From Paraspadella gotoi (taxonomy: Eukaryota; Animalia; Chaetognatha), in NCBI GenBank assembly GCA_051294375.1, contig CM119268.1:16435074-16499073 (forward strand): a stretch of 64,000 nucleotides of DNA, given 5' to 3'. Position numbers and translations under genes: made by a program. The notes beneath the pieces are model-generated. The model saw only the letters and a program-made list of their open reading frames with translations. It was not told where the DNA came from and ran no database searches. How positions within the stretch are numbered: the first letter of the stretch is position 1; each line of letters begins with the position of its first letter. Shown in pieces: positions 38,801 through 51,469 of this stretch.

Positions 38801-39249
38801 CGGTTGAATAAATGTAGTTCTATTTGATGTCTAAAATTCAAGCGCATGCAATGTTAATGACAAAATCTCTGTTAAAATAAACTAACCTCGTATGACAAAC
38901 GTTGAATTTTCCATTTTTAAACAGTAATTGGTTCGAATTTGTAAAAAAAGTAAAAACCAGCCGAAAAAGTCTAAATATGAAAAGGAAATATGCATCTTTT
39001 TTTTTCTTATCGTCGAGAACTTGAAAAACAGACTCGAAGGATCAAGATGTCATCGAAAAAAATAAAAAAGAGGACGATCGATTCGAACAAGTGTTTCGCC
39101 CAGTCAAAATTTATTAAGGATGTATTTTAGTAATACAATAACATTAATCATAGTTTTTTTTTCTCGGGAAAGCGAGAAAACTTGGGCGAGAATTTTCGTC
39201 AAATTTACCAAGGCCGCCTTGGGGTGATTGATGAATAAGTTTTTCCATG
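35894..39249 (-). CDS. Kelch-repeat beta-propeller protein (KLHDC-like), multi-exon
   Basis: Kelch motifs: HDACAARVGERVFLFGGQ...YNDDLKIYDP...W; GRQQMAC...FVVFGGW...TNQMISYSLRTNEW; RPTGASSSSTGDSTV; GRSNHEASV...AVIGGN. Putative first exon MEKLIHQSPQGGL at 39249. Confidence 0.8.
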
Positions 39250-39473
39250 TTTGTAAAAGGATTTTTTTTTGTTCGAGAAGAAAAAAGAGAACTCAAAAAG
39301 ACAGGAAATATAAATGCCAATCGTACAGAATGTCGTACAAATATGCGAATTAAAACAAAATGGTTGGAGCTGCTTTGGAAATGGTAAATTTCTTATTTGA
39401 AACTTCGATAAATCAAATAAAAGGCTTTTTAAAGGATAAGAAGCGCACGGTCTGGTTAACGGAGTGATCGTTA

Positions 39474-42400
39474 TCACCACTGATCCAGGTCAAAAGGTTG
39501 AATCGGATATTCTCCCGTCAAACACGCGGTGCAGTGGCTGACGATTTTTTCGCCGGGTTTCCGGCCTTTAATTTCATTTCTACTCGGCTGGCTGCATTCT
39601 TTTCCCGCCGTCTGAACAGACACCTCAGCACTCCCGACACTCCCAACATCCTTAACATCCTCCACTGCGGCGACGAGGCCTTCGACGGACAAATAAGATA
39701 CAGAGTCGGCGTCGAGGTGTTTGGGAAGGCGATCCTTTGGGATTTGGTTGATCAGAAGCTCGTCCTTAAAAGGAATAATACAATGATTTTGAGGATAAAT
39801 GTCATTAACACCTACAAGAAACCGAGCCAAACGTAAGATAGTAATATTTCCACTTCACCTTAGTCGGAATATTAATTCCCATGAAGCAAGGATGACGCAC
39901 AGGAGGCGACGCGACCCGAACGTGGACCTCGCGGGCGCCGTGTCGACGAAGGAGTTGAATGATGGGTTTGATAGTGTTGCCTCGAACGATGGAGTCGTCA
40001 ACGAGGACGATCCGCTTGTCCCTGTGAACAAGAGAATCGCGAAATAGAGAGCAAAAAAAAATAGAGATTGTTTTTTTCGTTTAAACTAAAACTGGTTTTA
40101 AAAATTTAATCACTTGAAATTCTCTGTCAAAGGCCCAAACTTCTTTGTCACTCCCAGCTTTCTTTGCCGCGTCGAAGGCTGGATGAAGGTGCGTCCGATG
40201 TATCTGCATTCAAAAATAAAAGAGGCATTCTAATCAAGCTTTTAATTCATAACAAATTAAAAGTTCGAAATTTACCTGTTCTTTATAAGAACCTCCACGT
40301 AGGGAATGCCCGAGGCGTCGGCGAACCCCATGGCCGCCGGCGTCGCCGACTCTGGCACCGTCGAAACGATGTCGGCTTCGACGGGACATTCGAGGGCGAG
40401 TCGGGAGCCGCAGCGTTGTCGGACGTTGTAGACGGTTTGGCCTGAAGATGAAAGCGCCAAGAGTTCGAATGTAAACTATTGTAAAGATTTTAAACAACAA
40501 ATGAACGCTAAACGGATGTCAATAGTTTAGGTTGACAAAGAATATCTAAATACACTAGAATAAATTTACGATATTGACGACCTTCTATGACGGAATCCGC
40601 GCGAGCGAAGTAAACGTACTCGAAGATGCACAACGCAGGTGGCATTTTGGCATCGGGTCGATCGACAATGCCGAGGGAACGAACCCCTGGAGCGTATAAC
40701 AAAGAGCACAAGGTAAATGATGGAAAATTAAAACCAAAATCATTGTCTCCTACAATTCATTTCTTTCAAGTTATTTGTTAAAATACCATCTTATTTGCAA
40801 TATTTTTACCTTTAGACACCCTTTGTTAACGACTGACCTTTTCTTTAACCATTTTAACCACACAAATCCATATTTTTGCCTCCAAACTTTTCTCTCGGAT
40901 CTCACCCTCAGGCGAGATCTCCACAATCTCTCCCGGAAGAACCTCCCGATAAAATTCAGCTCCGATCGATGTGAATGCACAAGATTCTGACGAAACAACC
41001 CATCCGTCCACGCGGTCGTCCAGAGCCTCATCTCCGTTGCCGAACACTCCAGGCTGCAGTCGACGATCCTCTCCGGAGGAAGACGACGATGACGAAGAAG
41101 AACTTCGGCGCGGTTTTTTTGAGACTAAAAATATTAAGGGGAAAAAAATAATTATAGGCTTTTTATTACTATATTTGGGGCAAATCAAAAGGATACGCAT
41201 GGATATTTTTTAACACATCCCAAACGAGAGCATTAAAATGCTTTTTGTTAAGTAAATAAATAAATAGGAATCTAATCACTATATTGTTCACAAATGTCAA
41301 AATGGCTTATTTCTCATCAATTAATAGGTACCACTTCCATCTGCTGCCCCGACCAGCGTGCCCAGGCAAAGCGGCCGATTGCCGAAAGGATCGCGAGCAG
41401 CGTAGATTCTATCTTCGTGCATCACAAGCAGAGAATAGGAGAGGGGCGTGAGTGACATCAAGCGGCGGATGCGAGACGCCCAATCGAGGCGATTATTTGA
41501 TACCGCGGTAGTCTCGGCGGAGGGGACGTCTTCCTCCGTGGGGCGTGCCAGGATTTGGACAATCACCTATGGAGAGTAAGGCTTCAACGTGACCAATTTG
41601 AACAGCCCGAATTTAAACTCCCCCCGTCATTGACCTCAGAATCGGTGAAAGTAGAGAGGCCGACGCCCCGTTCCAAGACGCGCCGGCGCAGCCTCGCCGC
41701 GTTGACCAGCTCCCCGTTGTGAGCGACGGCGATGCGGCCGGACACAGTCTCAACGACAAAGGGTTGGCAGTTGGAAGGGTCGGTTCCTCCGGAAGTCGAG
41801 TAGCTGATGGGCCATTTGATTAGAAAGTACTTACACATTTCGACAATATATAATAAAACCTATCAGTTAGAGATTTTGTAATTCGTAAAATTTAATTCAA
41901 ATATTTGTCAAAAATCCTTCATAATAATTTTAACTAGAGAGTTGCGAATCCTTACTTTTGTTTTAATTTTAATGTTGATGCGTCGCAGAGCAAGATTGTG
42001 CTTTAATAAATTAAATTTGGACCGCTTGTAATACTTATAATAAAATTTAAAAGTTATTTTTACACTTACCGATTATGGCCGATTCCGACTCCTCCGCGAA
42101 GACTGTCCAAAGTACGATCCGTAAAAATCTGATTCACTAGCCCGACTCCTCTGTGAGCGTGAAATATAGTAGTTTTCCTTGTTTTTTTCCACTCAGTTTC
42201 GTTGGCGATCTTCCCGTTATCCTGTGGCGTCATTCGGGGATCATCTCGAACCTCAAGCATCTCCGAGGTCACGATCCCGGCGCTCTCTTGCCCGCGATGC
42301 TGCAGTGCCACCAGTCCCAAACAAATGACGCGAGAAATGTCGAGATCCGACGTCGATCGAAAGTCTGTATGCGACATTTCGTTGTTGGAGTCACCGAAAA

Positions 42401-42494
42401 TTTGGTTTTTTAAACGGCGGCGTTTTTCAGCGGCGACAACGCCAAACACACCGCAAGCGGTCGTTAGGCCCGACGACCAAGGGTTCGAGGACAT
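39474..42494 (-). CDS. PPAT: Amidophosphoribosyltransferase (glutamine PRPP amidotransferase), nine exons
   Basis: Propeptide then CGVFG; [11 protein letters not shown]; GIGHNR|YST; [11 protein letters not shown]; RDPFGNRPL; [13 protein letters not shown]; VPESATPAA; [11 protein letters not shown]; [10 protein letters not shown]; [10 protein letters not shown]. Confidence 0.97.
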
Positions 42495-42669
42495 CGCTTC
42501 TTATTACAAAACTGGAAAAATTCCAATAAAAACAATGGATTAATAATTTTTTCGGTACAATAAAAACATTTCAAAACGCTAAAAAAGAAACGATGCGACG
42601 TCAGAATTAATAAAATTCAAACACGCAACCCATCACTCGTTTTTCGCATTAGAAACTGCGTTCGAAATC

Positions 42670-45600
42670 TCAGGTGAGCTTTTGCGGGATCTGATAAATC
42701 TTCCTCCCTTTTTTAAATCCTTTCGAACCGTCCGGCCCGTGGGGAATTCGAACAATCACCAGGTCGCTCGAATGATATTTCTTCAGTTTATTGAAAGATT
42801 TTCCGGCGTTGCTGTTGGAGTAGCCGCTCGCTTGCGGCTGCTTTTCGACCGGGTCTGAGAACGACAGGTCTGGTTTATCTTCAACTTCTTCTTCCGGCGC
42901 CATCTTCTCCTCCATCAGGCGCTGTTGTAGCTCCTCCTCCGGTTCCCGAGGAACGAACGATCTCGGTTGTTGATAGAAAATCCTGCTGAGATCATTTGGG
43001 TTCTGCTCCTGATAAAGCGGCCGCAGATTAACTCCTTCATCACGAGCGTCGAGTGCGAGTGGACTTTCGGGCGGAATCTTCGTCGGCTTCAACGGACCGA
43101 AGGGGTCTTTTGGGTCAGAACTGACGGGCTGCGGTTGCGGCCAATGGCCGTGCAGTTGTTTGGGCGAGATCAGCGCGGGTTTTGGTAGATCAATCGTCAG
43201 TTTGACCGGACGTTCACTAACGGAGGAGGAAGGCGTAAAAGGAGGAGCGGTTGGATTAAGAGGAGAGGAATGGAAGCGGGAAACGGAGCCGGCGCCTTTT
43301 CCCGCGAAAGAGACTTCGGGCACCGAGGGGTTTTGCTGCTTTTTGACATCGTAGAAAATTTCACCTCTGACGAAACCGGATATGGACATTGGTTGGCTTT
43401 TGGGGTGGGAATGACTAACGTTTACTGGAACGTAATTAGGATCGCGAAGGTCGTGCAACGGATCGCGGGGTTTTTTGGAACGTTGGTTGACCTCGGGTAT
43501 GCCGGAAACGCTGCAAGCGTTCTGTGGCTCTGGAGAGGCCCATACGCCAACTTCGAAGTCTCCGGCATTCTTTGGCGTGGACGAAAGTCTTGGACCGAAT
43601 GCAGCCTCTTCGATCGCGCGCGAATGAACATGTTTGACTGTAGTTGATTGGGGCTCGATTTGTGCTTGGCCGTTGTTTACGTCTGTAAAATATAATAATA
43701 ATAATAATGTACAAACAAGTTTCTCGAGAGTTGCGATCGTTATATCGGCTGACATTACTTATAATTATTCTCCGGGATTCACATTCTTGAGGTACAGTTT
43801 TTCGACAATTAAATTTTCTTTTAATTGTAACTTATTTGATTTGATTTTTTGGGGCCTTTAGGTACAAAACTTTGAAAAAGACATTTATTAACTTGTAAGG
43901 AAAATTAGGATTTTCTCATTCATTTCAATTCATGGAAAAACATTTTGATAAATTTATTAAGAGAGAAAAAGTTTATTTTTGTTTACATACGAGTTTAATT
44001 TTGAAACGCACTCTTTTTCGAGTTTCTTCAGCGCAAAAATCTAAAAAGAGTCGAAACATGTCCGTTTCAAAATAAAACCCTTTGTTTGTAAACAAAAACA
44101 AACTTGGTTTTCTCTCTTAATTGTAAACGCAGCGAAACAAGTCTTTTCACTATAATAAATTTATTTAAGAATTGTCCCCTAATTCTTCTCTAACACGTAT
44201 TTGTAGCTTTTTTACACAACGTTGAAATATACAAACCCACTTAAACTTACTTTGATCTTCTGTTTCATTTCTGATTCCGCGAATGGGTCGGCCCCGGGGC
44301 AGAGGACGGTCGGGTGCAAGAAATGGAGTCTCGGCCTGGGCTCTGGCTGGTACCGTATTGGAAGCCAATTGCAATAACCGCACGGCCAAGGATACTACCG
44401 TCTTCGAAACTACCGTCTTTGGCAGCGGGGCGGACGATTGCATTAGCAGCGGGGGGGACGATTGCAATGGCAGCGGGGGGACGATTGCAATGGCAGCGGG
44501 GGGGACGATTGCAATGGCAGCGGGGCGCCCGATTGCATTGGCAGTGGGACGCTGGATTGCATTGGCAGTGAAGCGCTGGATTGCATTGGCAGTGGGGCGC
44601 TGGATTGCATTGGCAGTGGGGCGCTGGATTGCATTGGCAGTGGGGCGCTGGATTGCATTGGCAGTGGGGCGCTGGATTGCATTGGCAGAGGGGCGCTGGA
44701 TTGCATTGGCAGAGGGGCGCCCAATTTCATTGGCAGAGGGGCGCCCAATTTCATTGGCAGAGGGGCGCCCAATTGCATTGGCAGAGAGGCGCCCGATTGC
44801 ATTGGCAGAGGGGTGCTCGATTGTATTGGCAAAGGGGTGCCCAATTGCATTGGCAGAGGGGTGCCCAATTGCATAGGCAGAGGGACTCCCGATTGCATTG
44901 ACAGATGGGAACCCAATGGCATTGACAGATGGGCACCCGATGGCATTGACAGATGGGCACCGATGGCATTGACAGATGGGCACTCGATGGCATTGACAGA
45001 TGGGCACTCGATGGCATTGACAGATGGGCACTCGATGGCATTGACAGATGGGCACTGATGGCATTGACAGATGGGCACCCGATGGCATTGACAGATGGGC
45101 ACCCGATGGCATTGACAGATGGGCACCCGATGGCATTGACAGATGGCACTTGATGGCATTGACAGATGGGCACTCAATGGCATTGACCAAGAGGAACCCG
45201 ATGGCATTGACCAAGAGGAACCCGATTGCAATGGCAGAGCGGCACCCAATTGCATTGGCAGAGGGGCACCCAATTGAATTGATGGAGGGTCGCCAGATTG
45301 TATTGATGGAGGGTCGCCAGATTGTATTGACAGAGGGTCGCCAGATTGTATTGACAGAGGGTCGCCAGATTGTATTGACAGAGGGTCGCCAGATTGTATT
45401 GACAGAGGGTCGCCAGATTGTATTGACAGAGGGTCGCCAGATTGTATTGACAGAGGGTCCCCAGATTGTATTGACAGAGGGTCGCCAGATTGTATTGACA
45501 GAGGGTCGCCAGATTGTATTGACAGAGGGTCGCCAGATTGTATTGACAGAGGGTCGCCGAGATTGTATAGACAGAGGGTCGCCAGATTGTATTGACAGAG

Positions 45601-48044
45601 GGTCGCCAGATTGTATTGACAGAGGGTCGCCAGATTGTATTGACAGAGGGTCACCAAATTGCATTGACAGAGGGTCGCCAAATTGCATTGACAGTGGGGC
45701 CCCAGATCGCATTGACAGTGGGGCGCCAGATTGCACTGACAGTTGGGCCCAGATTGCACTGACAGTTGGGCGCCAGATTGCATCGGCAGAGGGTTGCCAG
45801 ATTGTATTGACAGAGGGTCGCCAAATTTCATTGACAGAGGGTCGCCAGATTGCATTGACAGTGGGGACGGCCAGATTGCATCGGCAGAGGGTCGCCAGAT
45901 TGCATTGGCAGAGGGTCGCCAGATTGTATTGTCAGCGGGGCGCCAGATTGCATTGGCAGAAGGAGCGCCATATTGCATTGGCAGAGGGGCGCCAGATTGC
46001 ATTGGCAGAGGGGCGCCAGATTGCATTGGCAGAGGGGCGCCAGATTGCATTGGCAGAGGGGCCGCGGATTGGATTGGCACTGGGGCGTTGGATTGGATTG
46101 GCACAGGGGCGGTGGATTGGATTGGCACGGGAGAGGCGGATAGCAAACTTGATTGTGCAATTCCTGCCAGCATTGCTGTACTCAGTTGGCTTGTAGCAAA
46201 TCCTTCAATAATAGATTTGACCTTTTCCTGGTCTTGAGACTGTTCTAGTAGTTGGTCAATTACTTGGCCCGTTGAATAAATGGAAATAAACTTTGCTTTA
46301 GTTTTTGGTTTTGATCGCGGTTTTTTCTGTCGAATTGGCTCATGGGCCGCTGCAGGGAGCATAAGTTGAGTTTCAGATGTAACCAGCGGCTTATCCTTTT
46401 TGTCTTTTACTTCCGCTTCATTTACGTTTTGTGCTTGGGAAAAAGTATTAGCTTCTGCTTGAACCTGCGACGGAGCTCTTGTCCCCGCCCCCGGCATGCT
46501 ACATCCTTGGGTAAGTGTTTCTGCAATGCGACGAGGATATAGAAGTGGCCATTGATCCATACCACACGAACTACTAGGCTTTTTGTAAGGACTAGCTGGT
46601 TTAATTTCGCACGGTTGTGTGGTTATTACAGGATTAGATTGAGCAGATGAGAAACTTTGAAGATCATCAGAAAAAGAAAATACAGGATCCAGGGAAGTCC
46701 TGCTGGTATCCTTTGAACTTCCGACTGAGGGAGAAGTGGCAACAAAACTTTTCATTGAAGGGAAGGAGACATTAGAAGGAGGAGTGACAGGAGCATTACT
46801 TTGGTCTTCGAAAGAGTTTGTAAGAATTGTACTAATTGTATCATTACCAGCCCCAGAATGAAGTAAAACGCTTGTAGTAGAAGAGTTGGCAGTAAATTCG
46901 AAAGAAAGAGCCGTATCGGTATCAGATTTATGATTATTAACAGTAAAAGTAGAAGTTGAAGGAGAGTTAGGTACAACCTCACGATATGCATAGCCTTCTA
47001 AACAATCTTTTTCTTGAAAATTATCATTTATCCCAACTGGTTTTTCACAATTTATTTCCATATATGGATTTTTCTTTGAGCCTGGCGATTTGTAAATTTT
47101 GATTCTCGGGGAACCGGAAGGAAATGTGACGGGTTCTTTGCCGGGAGCGAATGGTTCCATCGGGATATTCCCACCGCGGTTTCCCTGAGGGAGTGAGATG
47201 CAGGAGCCTTCTCTCGTCCCCGGAGAAGAGTCCAAACCTTCTCGGGCCGCTTGAGGGGACGAGAATTTTTTGGAGGGAGAAATCTCGAAACATTTTTGCT
47301 GAGGTGAGAAACAATACTGGCAATGATTCAGAGTATTGAGTTAGCGTTTTAAATACCAAAAACGTTAGTTTTAAGATTTCGATTTTTTTTTAACTTTATA
47401 AATGCGACTAAGGATACTATAATTAAATAGAAATTAAAAATCTAAAAATAAAGGCCAATAACTGAATTAAAGCCAATATTTGCGCAAACCGCCAAAGGAC
47501 TTTGTCGAAAATTTTGTCGGGCATCGACCTCAATCTCCGAAGGCGGTCGGGCCGCTGCGGCAGTCTGCTCAGGTTGAAAAACCTTTGGCGATTGCTCAAT
47601 TCGGGCAGCTTGGGCAATATGGTTAGGTTGGAGAACTTGCCCATTTGGATTAGTACTGTTATCTCGGAATCTTTGCATTGATTGGAAAACTTGCTCTTTT
47701 AGGGCAGTTGGGACGGTCTCTTCTGGTCGAGCCGCTTGGGGTGTCTGCTCGGGTTGGGTCGTTTGCTTTGGACGAGGAGGTTGGGCCCTTTGCTTTCGAC
47801 GGGGAGTTTGCATTTTAGGAGAAACGTGGTCAGTTTGGGCAGCTTGGGCGGTTGGCTCAGGAGGCGCAGCTTGAGGAGAAGCCTCAGCAGTTTGATCAGG
47901 TTCGGCAACTTGAGTCGTTTTCTCAAGATGTGGAGCCATGGAATGTTTATTTCTCCCGCCTTGAGAATTCTCAGACTTAGATTCCTTTTGCTTCGGCGAA
48001 TTTTGATTTTTTAAGAATTTGGCGCGATTCCTCCGGTCGGCCAT
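42670..48044 (-). CDS. Three-exon, about 1500-aa P/S/Q-rich low-complexity protein with octapeptide repeat array and PAM2-like motif
   Basis: Three separate ORF-track entries join in phase: 48044-47490 (GTTTGC donor, phase 0), 47298-44251 (CCTCAG acceptor, GTAAGT donor, phase 1) and 43682-42670 (TTACAG acceptor). 1-bp indels inside the repeat shift the frame in the assembly. Confidence 0.7.
43961..44116. mobile_element. 156-bp palindromic MITE flanked by TTAA (Kolobok/piggyBac-type target)
   Basis: TTAA|GAGAGAAAA..AGTTTATTTTTGTTTACA ... TGTAAACAAAAACAAACT..TTTTCTCTC|TTAA; inner ATTTTGAAACG/CGTTTCAAAAT also inverted. Confidence 0.75.
44420..46140 (-). repeat. 24-bp coding minisatellite, about 70 units (SGAPLPMQ / SGDPLSIQ / SGAHLSMP variants)
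   Basis: Plus-strand unit such as gattgcattggcagaggggcgcca repeated in blocks of variants. Confidence 0.97.
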
Positions 48045-48920
48045 CCCGTCTCGTAATACAACGTAATTTAAAAATACCGGGTGTTTGGACGAGAGATCTC
48101 TTGGCTGCTTTTTTGTTGTTGTTGTTTTTTGTTTTAGGTTTTACGATTATTTTTTATTTATTTTAGTTTTTGTCAAATTGTACAAATATAATCGGGTTTC
48201 AACTGAAAATAAAATGATCGTAAGTATATGGTAGTAAAATTTAACTTGACGAATCAAAGACCAAAACCAAAACCGCAGGAGTTTAAATATTCAAAATATT
48301 TTGCAGACTTTCATCGACGTAAACTTCTTGGGCATCCACTACGGACAGAGGGTACGGACTTTCCCCAAAGTAGAAATCGAGAATGAAAGCGGCAGCGACC
48401 AATCCGCTCAGATTACTTCGCCCAATGAGAAGCGGAACATCTTCACTTTCCTCTGAACAAAGGTCACCGAATGTGATACTCGAGGAGAGAAAAAATGACC
48501 CAGATGCGGATTAAGAGTCAATAGATTCACGAAAGCTTTGGACGGATTGAATAAAGGTTGAACGTCGATTGGTTCCCGCGGTTGTCACTGGGAAATCGGT
48601 CTCTCGGCAACGGTTAAATATGTTTTATTTTTCTTTATTAATACAAGTTGTAAACTATTTTTATTTACATAGGAATTATCACAATTTACAATATGACATA
48701 AACGATTTCATTATTTGTGGCATGCATGCTTTTTTAACTTCACTTCAGCTTTAGTTTTTTTTCAGTGTCGTCTCAAATCCATTTATGAAGTCATAATATT
48801 GTCGTCTTTTCATATGTATTATTAACATACAAAATCGTGATGCTCTAGAATGACACGGTCTTAGACGCCTTTCTTTTCAGCGTCAATTATTCTTGACCCT
48901 GTTTCGGTAACCCAATCCGC

Positions 48921-51263
48921 TCATCTCCCGCAGGCCATCCAATTGGCGGCAATTCTGGCTCCGGCTCGAGGCGTCCCTGTTTGAAAGGCCACGATGAATC
49001 CTTCCGTCGAAGGTCGTCCCTGAATGGAATGGTGCCTTTTGACTTTAACACGTCGCGCGATATTCAGTTGTCATTTGAAACTTAAATTTGTAATGAAGAG
49101 TACGTTGAATATTAAGTAATTTTTCAAACATTTCCGGCTTCTCTTTTCTATCTTCATTATGTCACTGCATTGTAAGTTTATTTCCCTCACCTTTTCGTCC
49201 ATTTGTCACCCGCTTCGGCCTTTAGTATCTTCTTGCCGCGGGATCAATTATTTCGACCTCCGTTCAACACTCTCACTATCAGAATGACCTCGTTGAGTCA
49301 TTCCCTTCTTAATCATCTCCTCAGCTACATCATTCAACTTTCAACTTTAGCAACCCAGTTCATCTTTCTTTTTGCTCCAGCATCTCGCTCCACCTGCCCT
49401 TCATTGTACCTGAACCCAGACGCCGAAGTCGACTGCTCCTCTTTGATTCGTCGACGTCACTCGATCGTTCGTTGGCCACGAAGCGACGCTACTCCATCCC
49501 GATGTTGCCTGTGACGTGGCCTTAAAATTAATCAATTATCAATCCATTGACTTTTAAAATATACTGTACTTAACTATGTATTAGTCATGTACACTTATAC
49601 TAATTGTTTTCGAATTCTTCCAATGAGTTGCTTGTTTAGTTCAGTTATTAGAATATAATTTTTCTTCTTTTTTTAAAAAAATTTTAAATTCGACCTTTTT
49701 ATTTTATTATTTATTTAGTTTATTAAGCCATTAACATTAAGACATTAACATTAAGAACAATTTAATATGTTTTTTTTTTATCATCTTTTACCGTCCAACT
49801 CGTCAGCCCGCCCCCTCGCGGCATCATCCCGGGCATCGGCCACGCCCCCGCGTATCTCGCGCCGACGACGACATGGGGCGGAGACGAGAAGGAAGAGGAG
49901 AAGGAGACGAAGGAGGAGACGACGTCCGACGAGGAAGAGGTGAGAGGAGGGGAGGAGACGTGACCGGAATCGCAGCGGAAGGATGAGGCGGCCAGGGCTG
50001 AGAGAAGGAGAGGTCAGGTTAAAGAGAATGCTGGCGCGGAGGGAGGGAAAGTGAGAGGGAGGTTAAATAAAGAGAGGGTGAGACGTTGGAGAAAAGAAGA
50101 AAGTTGCAATCAAGGCGACCTTACCCAAAAGCTTGATTTTTTTTAAATTTTAGTTTCGACAATTTTGAAAATAGAAGTGTAACTGCTCTTTTGTTCAAAG
50201 TTTGAGACCTTTTTTTTTCTACGTAGATAGGAAGAGTGACTGCGACTCTAATTTCTTGATAAAAAATCTATCGAGAGCCATAGAAAAACAAAAGTACTCA
50301 CCATTTTAATTCCTACCTTGTCGAGCAGCTTCATCGACCTCATCCCTTATTCTCGTCATGTATGTCTCGTTTATATCTTCCATTTCTTTGTATCGTCTCG
50401 TCGTTTTCTCGGCAAGCCGCTTGAGGTCGACTCTGGTATTTAGATAAAGTGCGCATTGCCGTGGGAGCAACAGAATGAGCATCGTTTGATTTTTGGGGGG
50501 AAAAAAAGTTCGAAGTTTCGTTGTGTAAATATTATTCATTTCGTTGGTTCTTTTTTTTAAAAAATAATATTCTAATAATACTTTGTCTTCGATTTAAAAA
50601 AAAAAAAAAAAACTCAATCACAAAGCAAAAAACAAATCACTGAAAGATTACTTAAAAAAAAACTCAGCCAGTTCCCTCGCCAACCTCACCTGTTGTTGTG
50701 CCATCTCTGTTCCCACTCGTCACCCTCATCCTCCAACCTGCGACGCACCCCGTCGACGACCTCTTCCAACTTCGAACGAGTGTCGTTCAATTCGTTCCTC
50801 CAATTTCCGACATCCCCCTCTCTCATCCCCATCAACTCCTCCTTCAACTTCCTCCACTCTCCCGTGCTTCTCACCTCCAACGCTTCCACCATCCTCCTCA
50901 TCTCTCTCTCTCGCGTTTCCCTCAACTCCTCCTTCAACCGGGTCGACCCTTCCTTCATCTCCTCCCGCGCCGATCTCGTTTCCTCGTCCCAACTCCTTCT
51001 AGTTTCGTTCATCTCCGCCAGAGCGAGGCGGAGCTCTGTGCTCTGAGCTACGAATTGCTCGCGGAGAAGTTTGAGGTCCTTCAAGATTTTATCAGCGTTT
51101 TCGGCTGGGGAAAAATAGTGTAAAAATATTTTTTTTCATTGGTAAAATTAATTTTTCACTCTGACCCCTTAAAAAAAAATTCTTTTTTCAAAAATAGCAT
51201 GAAAAAATATTGAATGAATAATAATCTTTTTTTTTCTCCTTCTCTCTCTCTCCTCTCTCTCTC

Positions 51264-51312
<49 letters not shown>

Positions 51313-51469
51313 TTTCTTTTTTTTTTGCTCTTTATGTTTTTTTGGTTAGATAGCCCGGGAGGTTTAAATTAAGTGTAATTTTCTTACCTGCTAAGGCGGA
51401 AGTGATAATGAGGGAAGTAAGGACAACAAAACTACCAACTGTCCAGTAGATCATTTTGTCCCGCGTCAT
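48921..51469 (-). CDS. Signal/TM anchor + coiled coil + C-terminal H-type-lectin-like domain, six exons
   Basis: Exon 1 MTRDKMIYWTVGSFVVLTSLIITSALA; E/R-rich heptad exons at about 51104-50690 and 50432-50337; then RCDSG...VSFSSSFSSPPHVVVG...STEGFIVAF...ANWMACGR*, fitting the H-type lectin pattern V.F...F..PP.V.VG...GF...W.A. Confidence 0.65.

Noticed and set aside
44420-46140. CRISPR-like array or ice-nucleation protein
   Set aside because: Units are contiguous with no unique spacers and no cas genes; the octapeptide lacks the AGYGSTxT motif.
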